Positions 1 to 9,653 of a DNA stretch of 64,000 nt are shown here, piece by piece. The notes under the pieces are model-generated. The model searched no databases. It was given only the letters and a program-made list of their open reading frames with translations, and was not told where the DNA came from. The stretch is from Candidatus Binatia bacterium (GTDB lineage Bacteria; Desulfobacterota; Binatia; Bin18): positions 244,208-308,207 of the forward strand of contig OY729511.1 in the NCBI GenBank assembly GCA_963422435.1, given 5' to 3'. The stretch's first letter is position 1. Each line of letters opens with the position of its first letter. Made by a program: the position numbers and the translations under genes.

Positions 1-856
1 CGGTGACCGTTTTGAGATAGGCAAAGAAAAGAATATCCTCCGGGTTGCGTCCGTTCTGCTCGGCCTGTTTCCGCGTTGCCCGGATGGTCTGCCGCGCAAT
101 GTCAGGCGTCGGGGCAGCGATAAACACGCACTCGGCATGGTGGGCGGCAAATGCCTGTCCACGCGATGAAGAGCCGGCCTGGTATAACACCGGGGTGCGT
201 TGCGGGGACGGTTCGGACAGATGGCAGCCCTCCATCTTGTAATACTTACCCTCGTGGACGACGTTCCGCACCTTGGTCGGATCGGCGTAGATGCCACGCT
301 GCCGGTCTTTGACCACCGCCCCATCCTCCCAGCTCGATTCCCACAGCTTGTAGCATACCTCACAATACTCATCCGCCATGTCATAGCGCTCGTCATGTTC
401 GGGCAAACCGGCCCGGCCATAGCTGCGCCCGGTACTTTCCAGGTAGGAGGTCACGATATTCCAGGCCACCCGGCCCTTGGTGAGATGATCGAGCGTGCTG
501 ATGAGCCGGGCAAACGTGAAGGGGTGATACTGGAGGATCGAACTGGTAAAGGCGAAACCCAGGTGTTCGGTTGCCGCATCCATAGCTGGGACCAACAACA
601 TGGGGTCATTCACCGGTGTTTGCGTGGCCTGGGTCAGGGCGGCCTCCCGGTTGCCCCGGAACACATCGTACACGCCAACAACATCGGCCAAAAACAGGGC
701 GTCGAATTTGCCCCGTTCCAATACTTTGGCAAGTGTAATCCAGGTATTGAGATCGGTGTAGTTCTCCATCCGATCTTCCGGTCGGACCCACAGGCCAGGC
801 GATTGGTGGACCACACAGTTCATATGAAAGGCGTTGAAATAGATGCGTTTGCGCAT
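1..856 (-). CDS. NtaA/DmoA/DszA-family FMN-dependent monooxygenase (LLM class), 3' end outside the window
   Basis: Manual translation from ATG 856: MRKRIYFNAFHMNCVVHQSPGLW...LERGKFDALFLADVVGVYD...PVNDP, typical of this family. AGGA lies upstream. The + ORF 200..871 is its antisense shadow. Confidence 0.9.
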   Translation of the reverse strand, partial: MRKRIYFNAFHMNCVVHQSPGLWVRPEDRMENYTDLNTWITLAKVLERGKFDALFLADVVGVYDVFRGNREAALTQATQTPVNDPMLLVPAMDAATEHLGFAFTSSILQYHPFTFARLISTLDHLTKGRVAWNIVTSYLESTGRSYGRAGLPEHDERYDMADEYCEVCYKLWESSWEDGAVVKDRQRGIYADPTKVRNVVHEGKYYKMEGCHLSEPSPQRTPVLYQAGSSSRGQAFAAHHAECVFIAAPTPDIARQTIRATRKQAEQNGRNPEDILFFAYLKTVT

Positions 857-965
857 GATCCATTCCTATAGAAAGGAGCAGCGAACCTCAACCTGTGTGC
901 CCGTCCTTCGAGAGTAAACGCCGCTGCCGCACCATTCAGGGTCGGCCAGAATCAACTAGAACCAG

Positions 966-1002
966 AAAAGCCGTGGGGTGACGGTCATCCCCCTGCGGCT
1001 TT
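966..1002. terminator. Intrinsic terminator-like hairpin
   Basis: aaaagccgtgggg...ccccctgcggcttt inverted repeat with A/T tails, just past the 3' end of the acyl-CoA dehydrogenase remnant. Confidence 0.55.
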
Positions 1003-1003
1003 C

Positions 1004-1786
1004 CTACTCCCAGGTCGGAACCAGTGGGGGTTGAAGCTGCTGCGGGTCGAGCTGGAGTTCATGCACACTCAAGGACGACAGGCAAAAGTCACTGGGCGGA
1101 TGTTGCATGGTTGCGGTCGCGCCATCGCGAAACAGACGCTCCAGCGTCGAGGGCTTAAAGATGGCGTGACCGCCGCCCATTTCGAGCGCCGCCCATTTCG
1201 AGCGCCGAGCGGGTCGCCGACAATATATTTTGCCTTGAAGTAGGTGACTAATACCTCTGCCGTCTGTCCTTCGACTGTCGTGCCATACTGCTGTGGGCGG
1301 GCGGTATAGCGCCGGCGTTCATAGGCTTCGTCGGCCAGCCAGGCAACATAGCGCAACAGCCAGCGGGCGGCTTCCAGTTGGGCGCTCATCCTGGCAACCC
1401 GGCGCCGCATATCTGGGTGATCAGCCAAGGACTGCCCATAGCCTTTGGGTTTCAGCTTGCCCTGTTTGGCCGCCAGCTCAGCCACCCATTTTTTGATTCC
1501 ATCCGGCAGGCCCGAGTGCATCAGCGAGGCCAGAGTCGCGGCGTGCATGTTGAACGAGAGCGCGGTCGACGCACAGCCCTGGGCGATTTCCTCGGCAGCA
1601 ATGGTATAGCCAAGCAGCCCGACCTCCTGGCCGCCATATGCCTTGGGCACGACCAGGCCGTAAAAGCCGGCCTCCCGGAGCGCCGCATAATTCTCCTTGG
1701 GCGGCGAGCCATCCCGGTCGTGCTCGGCCGCGCGGGTCGCAAAGTCGGCAGCGAGCCGACGGGCAACTGTCTGGCATCGCCCGCAC
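1004..1786 (-). pseudogene. Acyl-CoA dehydrogenase family pseudogene
   Basis: ACAD motifs present (FATRAAEHDRDG...VPKAYGG, IAQGCASTALSFNMH, LERLFRDG) but no in-frame start. The middle domain is missing between AAKQGKL and KPKGYGQ. Frame changes near 1170-1215, where a 16-bp tandem duplication lies. Confidence 0.85.
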
Positions 1787-2992
1787 TTATGCCGCCTCCA
1801 GCCAGCGCTGCGACATCGCGCTGAATTCCTCGCGCAGGGCTGGCATCACGTCGGCGGCAAACAGGTCCATGTTTTTAATGACCCGATGATGCGGTATATC
1901 GCCCGCGTGCAGGAGAGGGAGCAGCAGGCCGAAGCCGAGTTCGTTGACCAAATGGGCAAGGCGCTCGCGCACGGTCCTGGCGCTCCCCACGACACAGTAG
2001 CCGCGCTCGTTGAGCTGCTTGAAATCTATGTTTTCCCAATCAAAGTCGGCCGCGCGGGCAAGAATGCGTTTCATGGAGGCCGCAGACGTGTAGCCCGGCG
2101 GGAAGAACATTTGCCATTTATGGCGCAGGCCGTAGTGGTAGAGCCACAGGATATGGGCTTCGGCTTCTTCTTCCGCGCGGCTGTCCGTCTCGGCCACGTA
2201 GACCGGCAGGAGGTGGCCCATTTGGTACGGTGAGGCTTCGTAGCCATACTGGTCCGCGGCTTCGCGATAGGCATCGAAGAACCACTTCACCAGGTCATCC
2301 GGCATGAACACCGCAAGATAGGGATATTTGCGGGTGGGATGGGCGCACCATTCCACGGTTTCCTTACTCCCGAAGCCGGGAATCCAAATCGGCGGGTGCG
2401 GTGTCTGGATGGGACGTGGCCAGACATTGACATAGCGAACTTGATAATGCTCGCCGTCAAAGTAAAACGGGCCGGTCTCGGTCCAGGAACGGATGATCAG
2501 GTCGTGCGCTTCGCGAAAGCGCGCCAACGAATGGGTGGGATTGATACCCAGGGAAAAGTATTCATCTCCGATGCCGCGCACAAAACCGGAAATAATCCGC
2601 CCGCCGGTCACGACATCGAGCATGGCGACTTCTTCGGCGACCCGGAGGGGGTGGTCGCGGAGCGGCAGGCCGTTGCCGAACATCGCAATTTTCATCCGCG
2701 AGGTCCAGCGGGCCAACAGGGCGGCCATAATGTTCGGCGACGGCATGGTGCCGTAGGTGTTCTGGTGGTGCTCGTTGACACACACGCCTTCGAACCCCAG
2801 CTTTTCGGCATATTCAAGCTGATCCAGATATTGATTGTAGACCGTATGCCCTTTTTCGGGATCGTAGTATTTATTCGAGAGCGTCACCCAGGCCGATTCA
2901 TGTTTGGTCTTGTCATCAAAGTCGTCGGGCAGGTCGGGCCACGGCATAAGGTGGAAGTTGTAAAACTGCCTGCGCTGCTCCTTTGCGAACAA
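1787..2992 (-). CDS. LLM-class flavin-dependent oxidoreductase; the expected start codon reads AGG at 2971
   Basis: NEHHQNTYGTMPSPN, PLRVAEEVAMLD and PHPPIWI luciferase-like motifs. Confidence 0.85.
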   Translation of the reverse strand: MFAKEQRRQFYNFHLMPWPDLPDDFDDKTKHESAWVTLSNKYYDPEKGHTVYNQYLDQLEYAEKLGFEGVCVNEHHQNTYGTMPSPNIMAALLARWTSRMKIAMFGNGLPLRDHPLRVAEEVAMLDVVTGGRIISGFVRGIGDEYFSLGINPTHSLARFREAHDLIIRSWTETGPFYFDGEHYQVRYVNVWPRPIQTPHPPIWIPGFGSKETVEWCAHPTRKYPYLAVFMPDDLVKWFFDAYREAADQYGYEASPYQMGHLLPVYVAETDSRAEEEAEAHILWLYHYGLRHKWQMFFPPGYTSAASMKRILARAADFDWENIDFKQLNERGYCVVGSARTVRERLAHLVNELGFGLLLPLLHAGDIPHHRVIKNMDLFAADVMPALREEFSAMSQRWLEAA

Positions 2993-3076
2993 AGCGGCGA
3001 GAGCGTTTCCCCCTTGGCTGTAGCCGTGACGGAATGACGGCAGGAACCGGCTGGCGATACGGAAGCGTGGATTGCC

Positions 3077-3559
3077 TTAGTCCTGAATCATTCTCTTTTC
3101 AGCCCAGCCCTTTTCAAACGGCGTCCAGAACTCAAACTTGACGCGCAGGGTCTGGATTTTCCACTCGCCGTTGATCCGCACATAGTCGTCGCTATATTTG
3201 GCCGCGCCCCACACGGCTTTATCCCCGTCTTTCTCGATCATGGTGCAGGGCTGAAACAGATACCACTGACCCGTGGCCGTGTCGCCGTCAACTTCAATGA
3301 TGGGATTCATGACGTTGTGCACGGCAAACGGAATGACTCTGGTCGCCCCGGTGAAAAACTTCCGAATGGCTTCCCGACCGTCGTATTTGCCAAACACGTC
3401 AACCCCGCCGTCCCACACGCCGTCTTCGGCAAACAGCTCGGCAATCCCGTCCGGGTTGTAGCCGTTGTCACAATGCGCGCAGTATTCGGCCTTGACTTTT
3501 TTAATGGCCTCAATGTCTTCCAAAACCTGGAGCCGTTGGGCTAACTCGTCAACACTCAT
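3077..3559 (-). CDS. NTF2/SnoaL-like domain protein (BaiE/LinA-like dehydratase fold)
   Basis: LEDIEAIKKVKAEYC...LFAEDGVWD...HNVMNPIIEVDGDTATGQWY; AAGGAGG upstream of MSVDEL. Confidence 0.85.
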   Translation of the reverse strand: MSVDELAQRLQVLEDIEAIKKVKAEYCAHCDNGYNPDGIAELFAEDGVWDGGVDVFGKYDGREAIRKFFTGATRVIPFAVHNVMNPIIEVDGDTATGQWYLFQPCTMIEKDGDKAVWGAAKYSDDYVRINGEWKIQTLRVKFEFWTPFEKGWAEKRMIQD

Positions 3560-3607
3560 ACTGCCCTCCTTATGCAACTCGTCGGTTACAGCGCTACTAT
3601 TGAATCT

Positions 3608-4174
3608 CTATTCTTGGCCTGCGTCAAACGCGAGGCCGGTCTTCTTGATCTCCTCTAACACCCCTGGGCCGGTTTGGTCTATCTGCTCGGCCACGCTGGG
3701 TGGAAAAGCGATATCCTGCATATCGTGCACGCCGCCGGTAATGAATACTTGGAGGAAGCCTTCGTCATTGCCTATATTCGTGAAGCTGCGACACACGCCT
3801 GGCGGCACTGAGAGCGTGTCAAATTGATTCAGTACCATTGCGTGTTCTCCGTCATCGCCCCACTGGATTTTGAATGTCCCTTTGAGGCAGGTAAAAATCT
3901 CATGCGTCTGGTGATGGGCGTGCAGTCCTGGCCCTTGGTTGGGTGGGCACACGGCAAGAGTCATGGAATAGCCGTCGGCTCCAGCAATTGGGGCCGGCCC
4001 AAACGGTCCTTCTCCACCCTTAGAAGAGATAACGGGCAAGAGCTTACGGGCGTAGATGTGGTCCCGAGCTTCCAACGGAATTTTGTCGTTCTGCATGGCT
4101 GGAATGGGCTTCAAGTCCTGGAAGCGGGCGATGCGGGCTGCCATGTCTTCGGGGCTCACCGAGATCGTTTTCAT
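3608..4174 (-). CDS. Cupin domain protein
   Basis: GPGLHAHHQTHEIF and SVPPGVCRSF cupin motifs. Confidence 0.85.
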   Translation of the reverse strand: MKTISVSPEDMAARIARFQDLKPIPAMQNDKIPLEARDHIYARKLLPVISSKGGEGPFGPAPIAGADGYSMTLAVCPPNQGPGLHAHHQTHEIFTCLKGTFKIQWGDDGEHAMVLNQFDTLSVPPGVCRSFTNIGNDEGFLQVFITGGVHDMQDIAFPPSVAEQIDQTGPGVLEEIKKTGLAFDAGQE

Positions 4175-4294
4175 GCTGGCCTCCTTGGGCGTTGCAGTTT
4201 GGGCAACCGTCAGAAATAATCGTCACCATAGCCAAGCTTGTACCGTTTGCAAAGATATTATGGTCAAGCGCAGAGAGCAGATGAGGGAGTGTGC

Positions 4295-5632
4295 ATGCAG
4301 TTTGTTCTTCTATTCATGGGATTACTGGTCTGGAGCGGACCCAGTTGGGCGCAAGATGAGCGAAGCGTCATGACCCGAGAAACCGTCCTGCAATGGGTGC
4401 AGCAGTATCAAGACGCCCAGCCGGAGTTTACGCCCGGCGAGACGCTGGGGCTGAGCGAGTTGGACAAGATACGGCCCTTTGTGCCGCCCGGCTATTTTGA
4501 AGAGTTTCAGTTTCCGGAAGTGACCTTTGACATCAGCTCCCCGGGCGATTACCCCCCGCGCACGGACTATCTCGCAGCAACAGAGAAGTTCGCCGGCCAA
4601 ACCCAGCTTGCCGAGGACGGCAGTCTGAGGAACTATACTGCCGGCCAACCGTTTCCCGTAGACCAGCTGGACCCGGCAGACCCGATCGCGGGTCTCAAGG
4701 TTGGCTGGAATTTTAATTTCCGCTGGCAGCATTATGGGATCAAAGTCGGGAATTTCGCCACGATCATGATCAAGCCGGGGGGGACGCACGGTGCGCTGTC
4801 GGGCTTACCCGAGGCTCTGATTCAACCGGGTGGCACCGTTGAGCGGGTGCTCCTCCAGCGCTACCAGCGGGTGTATCATAGCCATCTGGCCATGCTGCCC
4901 GAGCAGAATTACACCCTGCCCGTTGACGGTGCCGCTGAATTTGAGTGGAAAGACATTAACGACTTTACCGACCCGTATGAAATGCGTGGCTTGCGCGTGC
5001 TCATCCAGCGTTCGAGCGACCCGCACCGGGCAGATCAGGCGTGGACCTATGTTCCATCCCTGCGCAAAGTCCGGCGTGTGTCCGCGGAAGAGAAGGCAGA
5101 TTCTTTCCAGGGCTCAGATACGACTCTCGATGATTTCTTCGGCTTCTCCGGGCGAGTGCTGGATTACAACTGGACCTTCCACGGCTGGAAAGATGTGCTG
5201 CATATCATGAACTCGCCCCATGCCCATGCGCGCTATTACGGTCCCGCGGGCCGGGCGCCACTCGGACCGTGGGAGCTACGCAAGGCCATGGTGGTCGAGC
5301 TCAAGCCCAGGCGGGCGCATCATCCCTACAGCAGCAAGCTCCTGTTTATTGACGCCCAGACCTATCGGGTGACCTCCGGCATGGCGTTCAACCAGGAAGG
5401 GGCATTGTGGAAGGTGTGGGGCATGCAGAACTCCTGGTCCGAAGCCGCGCCGCACCTGCCGGAAATGAATACGGGCACGTATCTCAGTCGTTACCTTGGC
5501 GTCACCGTCGTTGACGTCAAAACCGGCCAGGCATCGTTATTTCCGGCGCTGGATATGGGTTATCCGGAGGTGGATGTGGAGGAGGTGCTGAGCCTGTACG
5601 ATGTGAACAAGTTGACCGAGGGACGGCGCTAG
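4295..5632 (+). CDS. DUF1329 family secreted protein
   Basis: Signal peptide; NYTAGQPFP, AWTYVPSLRKVRR and HHPYSSKLLFID motifs. Confidence 0.85.
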   Translation: MQFVLLFMGLLVWSGPSWAQDERSVMTRETVLQWVQQYQDAQPEFTPGETLGLSELDKIRPFVPPGYFEEFQFPEVTFDISSPGDYPPRTDYLAATEKFAGQTQLAEDGSLRNYTAGQPFPVDQLDPADPIAGLKVGWNFNFRWQHYGIKVGNFATIMIKPGGTHGALSGLPEALIQPGGTVERVLLQRYQRVYHSHLAMLPEQNYTLPVDGAAEFEWKDINDFTDPYEMRGLRVLIQRSSDPHRADQAWTYVPSLRKVRRVSAEEKADSFQGSDTTLDDFFGFSGRVLDYNWTFHGWKDVLHIMNSPHAHARYYGPAGRAPLGPWELRKAMVVELKPRRAHHPYSSKLLFIDAQTYRVTSGMAFNQEGALWKVWGMQNSWSEAAPHLPEMNTGTYLSRYLGVTVVDVKTGQASLFPALDMGYPEVDVEEVLSLYDVNKLTEGRR

Positions 5633-5653
5633 GAAGGACACGAGGCCGGAGCC

Positions 5654-6982
5654 ATGCGATTGGGTCTGACATTCTCACTCCTTGTTTTCAGCCTCTGCTT
5701 TACGCCCGCGGTATGGGCCGACTCGCCTGCCGCGGCAAAAACCTGGCGGGTGGCAGGCGAGCTGACCGAGGCGGAGCGTGAGATGTTCGATCCTCGGACC
5801 GATACGCCCCGCGACCCTGAGCGACCGTATATGCCGGCCGAGCGCTATCCGTTTCAGCCGCCCTATACCGCGGAAGAGATGGGCTATCGGGCCATGGAGT
5901 TCAGCCACTCGCCGCGCTGGTCGTGCAATTTTGTCGATGTTAGTGGGGCGCTGACCGCACACGGGTATCTCATTACGGATAAAATGCACAGCCCAATATT
6001 CTATGTTCCAAATGCAAAGGGCCTGCAGGGCTTAGAAGGCGAGCTATACGGAACGAAACCAGGTGAGCCGACACGAAAAATAACCGGGCAAACTTTTTTC
6101 CCACCGGAGAACCTCGGCAACCAGATGTTTATGACCCAGTACCGGGCTGGACAAGAGGCGCTCACCCGATGGGACCTCTTTGTGTATTCACCTACCCTGC
6201 GCCGGGTCCGTCGTCAGCCTCAGCCGCGCAGGGGGGATAAATTGGCGCAAGGAGCTGAGAGTTTTGACGATATCTTTGGCCGTGATCCCTGGGAGTTTTC
6301 TTGGAAGCTGATTGGCGTAGACACGCTGTCACAAACCGTTCGCTTCCCTAATACCCGGCCAACCGTGACCCTCGGCAGGTCCGATGGTACACTCCACGAC
6401 GTCCCAACGGATCAGATTAAGATGATGGGGGATGACTACCCTTTTTATACCAGAGAGGGCGGCATTGATTGTTGGGTACTTGAAACTACAGTCAAGGAAG
6501 AGTGGCTCCCTTACTATTATGCCCCGAAGATTATTTATTGGTTAGATAAACACTACTTTTATCCCTTGCGGATCGAGCAGTACGGACGAGACGGGAATCT
6601 TATTTTTGTGGAAACCCGTATTGCCACATACCGTAATCCAAATATGGGGGATCAAGGGTACGGGCTGCTATTCAATCATTACTGGGATGTGACACTGGAT
6701 TATATGCGCTATAGCGTCCACGACACACACCATCTCAAAGAATGGTCAACCGAGGATCAGGAGGTCTTTTTCAGTCCCGGGGTGCTCCCGCGGGTCTGGT
6801 ATTTTGCGCAACTGAAAAGCCAGTCGGAAGTCCCTGTCCCGGAGCAGTATTTTCTGCGGCCGACCCTGGACCGGGAGAAGTTTCCCCAGCATCGCAAGAT
6901 AGAACTCTCGGCCGACATTGAAGAGAAAATTCGCGCCCAGGAGGAAGCCGGACATTTGGTGTTTATAGAGGAGGAGAAGTAA
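5654..6982 (+). CDS. DUF1329-like / outer-membrane lipoprotein-sorting-like secreted protein
   Basis: Signal peptide (PAVWA); YSPTLRRVRR motif and IEQYGRDGNL. Confidence 0.75.
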   Translation: MRLGLTFSLLVFSLCFTPAVWADSPAAAKTWRVAGELTEAEREMFDPRTDTPRDPERPYMPAERYPFQPPYTAEEMGYRAMEFSHSPRWSCNFVDVSGALTAHGYLITDKMHSPIFYVPNAKGLQGLEGELYGTKPGEPTRKITGQTFFPPENLGNQMFMTQYRAGQEALTRWDLFVYSPTLRRVRRQPQPRRGDKLAQGAESFDDIFGRDPWEFSWKLIGVDTLSQTVRFPNTRPTVTLGRSDGTLHDVPTDQIKMMGDDYPFYTREGGIDCWVLETTVKEEWLPYYYAPKIIYWLDKHYFYPLRIEQYGRDGNLIFVETRIATYRNPNMGDQGYGLLFNHYWDVTLDYMRYSVHDTHHLKEWSTEDQEVFFSPGVLPRVWYFAQLKSQSEVPVPEQYFLRPTLDREKFPQHRKIELSADIEEKIRAQEEAGHLVFIEEEK

Positions 6983-7039
6983 GGCGGTCGGGTCCTGCCC
7001 TGATACGACCGGCTCAATACTCCTCCAGCTCTGGGCCGT

Positions 7040-8047
7040 CTACCGCAATGCCACCGCCTTGTCCCGCAGGCGCGGCAGCGAAAACCACAGATCGTTACAC
7101 CGCTCCATCTCCTCTTCGTCGAGGCGCATCTCGACCGCGGGGAGAGACTGTTGGAGTTGTTCGGCTGAGGTTGCGCCGACGATCGGCGCGGTAACTTCGG
7201 GTTGGGCGAGCACCCAGGCAATCGCCACTTGCGCCAGGGATTTATTGCGCGTGGCAAAGAATTCCTTGAGTTGTTCAACCGCGGCGAACTGGGTTGCCTG
7301 CCAGTAGCGCTGGCGGTAAATCTCCCCGGCTCTGCCACCCAGGGCAAAACGCGTTGCCGCGGCCGGTTCGGCGCCGGCTCTGTGCTTGCCGGTCAGAAAC
7401 CCGCCGGCAAGCGGATTATACGGAATCATGCCAATATCCTGTTCGCGACACAGGGGAAAGAGTTCGTGCTCAATTTCGCGGAACAGCATATTGTAGCGCG
7501 GCTGAACACAGTCGAAGCGCGCCAGACCCAGCTTGTCGCTCTGCCATAATGCCAGGGCCAGACGCCAGGCCTGGAAATTTGAGCAACCGATATAACGCAC
7601 CTTGCCCTGATGGACCAGGTCGTCCAGGGCCTGTAGGGTTTCCTCTATCGGCGTTTTCGGGTCGGGCGCATGGACCTGGTATAGGTCGATATAATCCGTC
7701 TGCAACCGCGCGAGACTCGCCTCAACCGCGGCGCAGATATGCTTGCGCGAGAGGCCCCGGTCATTTGGCCGGTCACCCATTGCGCCCCAGCATTTGGTGG
7801 CCAGGACGATGTCCTCGCGCCGACCTTTTAACCATTTACCGACAATCTCCTCGGTGCGTCCTGCGGTTTCAACGCCACCACCGGCCGGATACACGTCCGC
7901 GGTATCAAAAAAATCCACGCCGTTCTCGAAGGCAGTATCCATAATAGCGAAGCTCTGGGATTCTTCGCACTGACGCCCAAAGGTCATTGTGCCCAGGCAG
8001 ATTTCAGCAACCTTCAGGCCGGTTCGCCCCATGCGCTTTGTTTGCAT
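7040..8047 (-). CDS. Aldo/keto reductase
   Basis: GLKVAEICLGTMTFG, FFDTADVY, LQTDYIDLYQVH, YIGCSNF. Confidence 0.95.
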   Translation of the reverse strand: MQTKRMGRTGLKVAEICLGTMTFGRQCEESQSFAIMDTAFENGVDFFDTADVYPAGGGVETAGRTEEIVGKWLKGRREDIVLATKCWGAMGDRPNDRGLSRKHICAAVEASLARLQTDYIDLYQVHAPDPKTPIEETLQALDDLVHQGKVRYIGCSNFQAWRLALALWQSDKLGLARFDCVQPRYNMLFREIEHELFPLCREQDIGMIPYNPLAGGFLTGKHRAGAEPAAATRFALGGRAGEIYRQRYWQATQFAAVEQLKEFFATRNKSLAQVAIAWVLAQPEVTAPIVGATSAEQLQQSLPAVEMRLDEEEMERCNDLWFSLPRLRDKAVALR

Positions 8048-8172
8048 TCTCCCTCCTCTTTTTTCCGTCTTGCCAGTCCGGTGTCAGTCTGGGGTTTTTG
8101 AGATGACTCGTATATGATTGTATTCAGACCGGATCGCAAGAGGGAATCTACAAACAACGATAGGAGACATCT

Positions 8173-9609
8173 ATGGCACGCCAAACAAAAACGCAGGCAA
8201 AGGTCGTTCCGTTACAGCCCCGTAGGAAACCGTCTTCGGTTGCCCTGGACCCACGGCAGGCAAAAGCATTACGCAGGCAGGATGCGGCTCATCTCGTCCA
8301 CGGCTTTGTTCCGCTCGGCTTGCAGCAAAACAAAGGGGTGCCCGTTTTTGTCAAGGGCCAAGGCATCTACCTCTGGGATACGGAAGGCAAGAAATATATC
8401 GACGGCCTCGCCTCCCTGTGGAATGTACATATCGGACACGGGCGAAAAGAAATCAATCGCGCTGTGGCCGAGCAGATGAAGCAGTTGGCCTTTGCGCCCA
8501 CGCTGATCGGCCCGACTTCGGTCCCGACCGTCCAACTGGCGGCCAAGCTGGCCAAGATCGCGCCCAAGGGCCTGAGTCGAGTGATCCTGACCTCGGGCGG
8601 CTCGGAGTCGAACGAATCGATGATCCGTCTGGTCCGCGCGTATTGGAAAGCCAAGGGGCAGCCTAAAAAGACGAAATTCGTCACCCTGGAACACGGCTAT
8701 CACGGCACATCGAGCGGAGCCGCGTCGCTGACCGGCATTCCGCTTTTTCATAATCAAGTCGATCCCGGCCTGCCGGGTGTCATCCATATGCCTCGTCCGT
8801 ATAGCTATCGCGAGAACAACGGCGCGGAGGATCTCGAAAAAATCATTACGCGTGAAGGGGCGGATACGGTTGGGGCTTTTGTAGCCGAACCGATTCAGGG
8901 CGTTGGCGGCGTGATTGTTCCGCCCGACGGCTGGTGGCCCAAGATTCGGGAGATTTGCTCGCGCCATAATATCCTGATGGTGTGTGACGAAGTCATTACC
9001 GGCTTTGGCCGCACCGGGACGATGTTTGCCTCGACCGGCTTTGGCGTTGTCCCGGACATTCTTGTTTCGGCAAAAGGCGTCACGAGCGGCTATCTGCCGC
9101 TTGGAGTGGTCCTGTTCAAAGAGGACATCTTCCAGACCTTTTTGGAGACTGGCGATGATTACGCCTTCTGGCACGGCTATACCTATACTGGCCATCCAAC
9201 CGTCTGCGCCGCGGCCCTGGCCAATCTCGAAATCATCGAAAAGGAAAAACTCGTCCAGAACGCCCGCACCCAGGGGCGCTATTTACAAAAACAGTTAGCC
9301 GCTCTGCACGAGCTGCCCATCGTGGGCGATACGCGCGGCAAGGGCCTGATCGCCGCGGTTGAACTGGTCAGAGATAAAGCCACCAAGGAGATGTTTCCGG
9401 CCGAGCTGCGCATTGCGCAACAGGTCTGGGAAAAAGCCTTGGATAACGGCTTGATTACGCGCGTGGCGGGCGCGAATAATATCGCGCTCTGTCCGCCTCT
9501 CATCATCACCCGAGAGCAGATTGACGAAATGGTGAGTACGCTGGGCAGGGCGATTCGAGAAGTGGCGGAGGAGCTTGACGGCGAGTGGCAGAAGGCGGGC
9601 GGCAAATAA
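8173..9609 (+). CDS. Class III PLP-dependent aminotransferase (omega-amine transaminase-like)
   Basis: SGGSESNE, GYHG, DEVITGFGRTG, AKGVTSGYLPLG, HGYTYTGHP. Confidence 0.95.
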   Translation: MARQTKTQAKVVPLQPRRKPSSVALDPRQAKALRRQDAAHLVHGFVPLGLQQNKGVPVFVKGQGIYLWDTEGKKYIDGLASLWNVHIGHGRKEINRAVAEQMKQLAFAPTLIGPTSVPTVQLAAKLAKIAPKGLSRVILTSGGSESNESMIRLVRAYWKAKGQPKKTKFVTLEHGYHGTSSGAASLTGIPLFHNQVDPGLPGVIHMPRPYSYRENNGAEDLEKIITREGADTVGAFVAEPIQGVGGVIVPPDGWWPKIREICSRHNILMVCDEVITGFGRTGTMFASTGFGVVPDILVSAKGVTSGYLPLGVVLFKEDIFQTFLETGDDYAFWHGYTYTGHPTVCAAALANLEIIEKEKLVQNARTQGRYLQKQLAALHELPIVGDTRGKGLIAAVELVRDKATKEMFPAELRIAQQVWEKALDNGLITRVAGANNIALCPPLIITREQIDEMVSTLGRAIREVAEELDGEWQKAGGK

Positions 9610-9653
9610 CAGACATACCACGTCAAAAAAATTGACAGGGGCGGCGCCGAGAG

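Noticed and set aside
872-2984. 12-bp inverted repeat aaaggagcagcg flanking the LLM/ACAD genes
   Set aside because: Matches this short are expected by chance in 64 kb, one copy is an RBS, and there is no recombinase or transposase.
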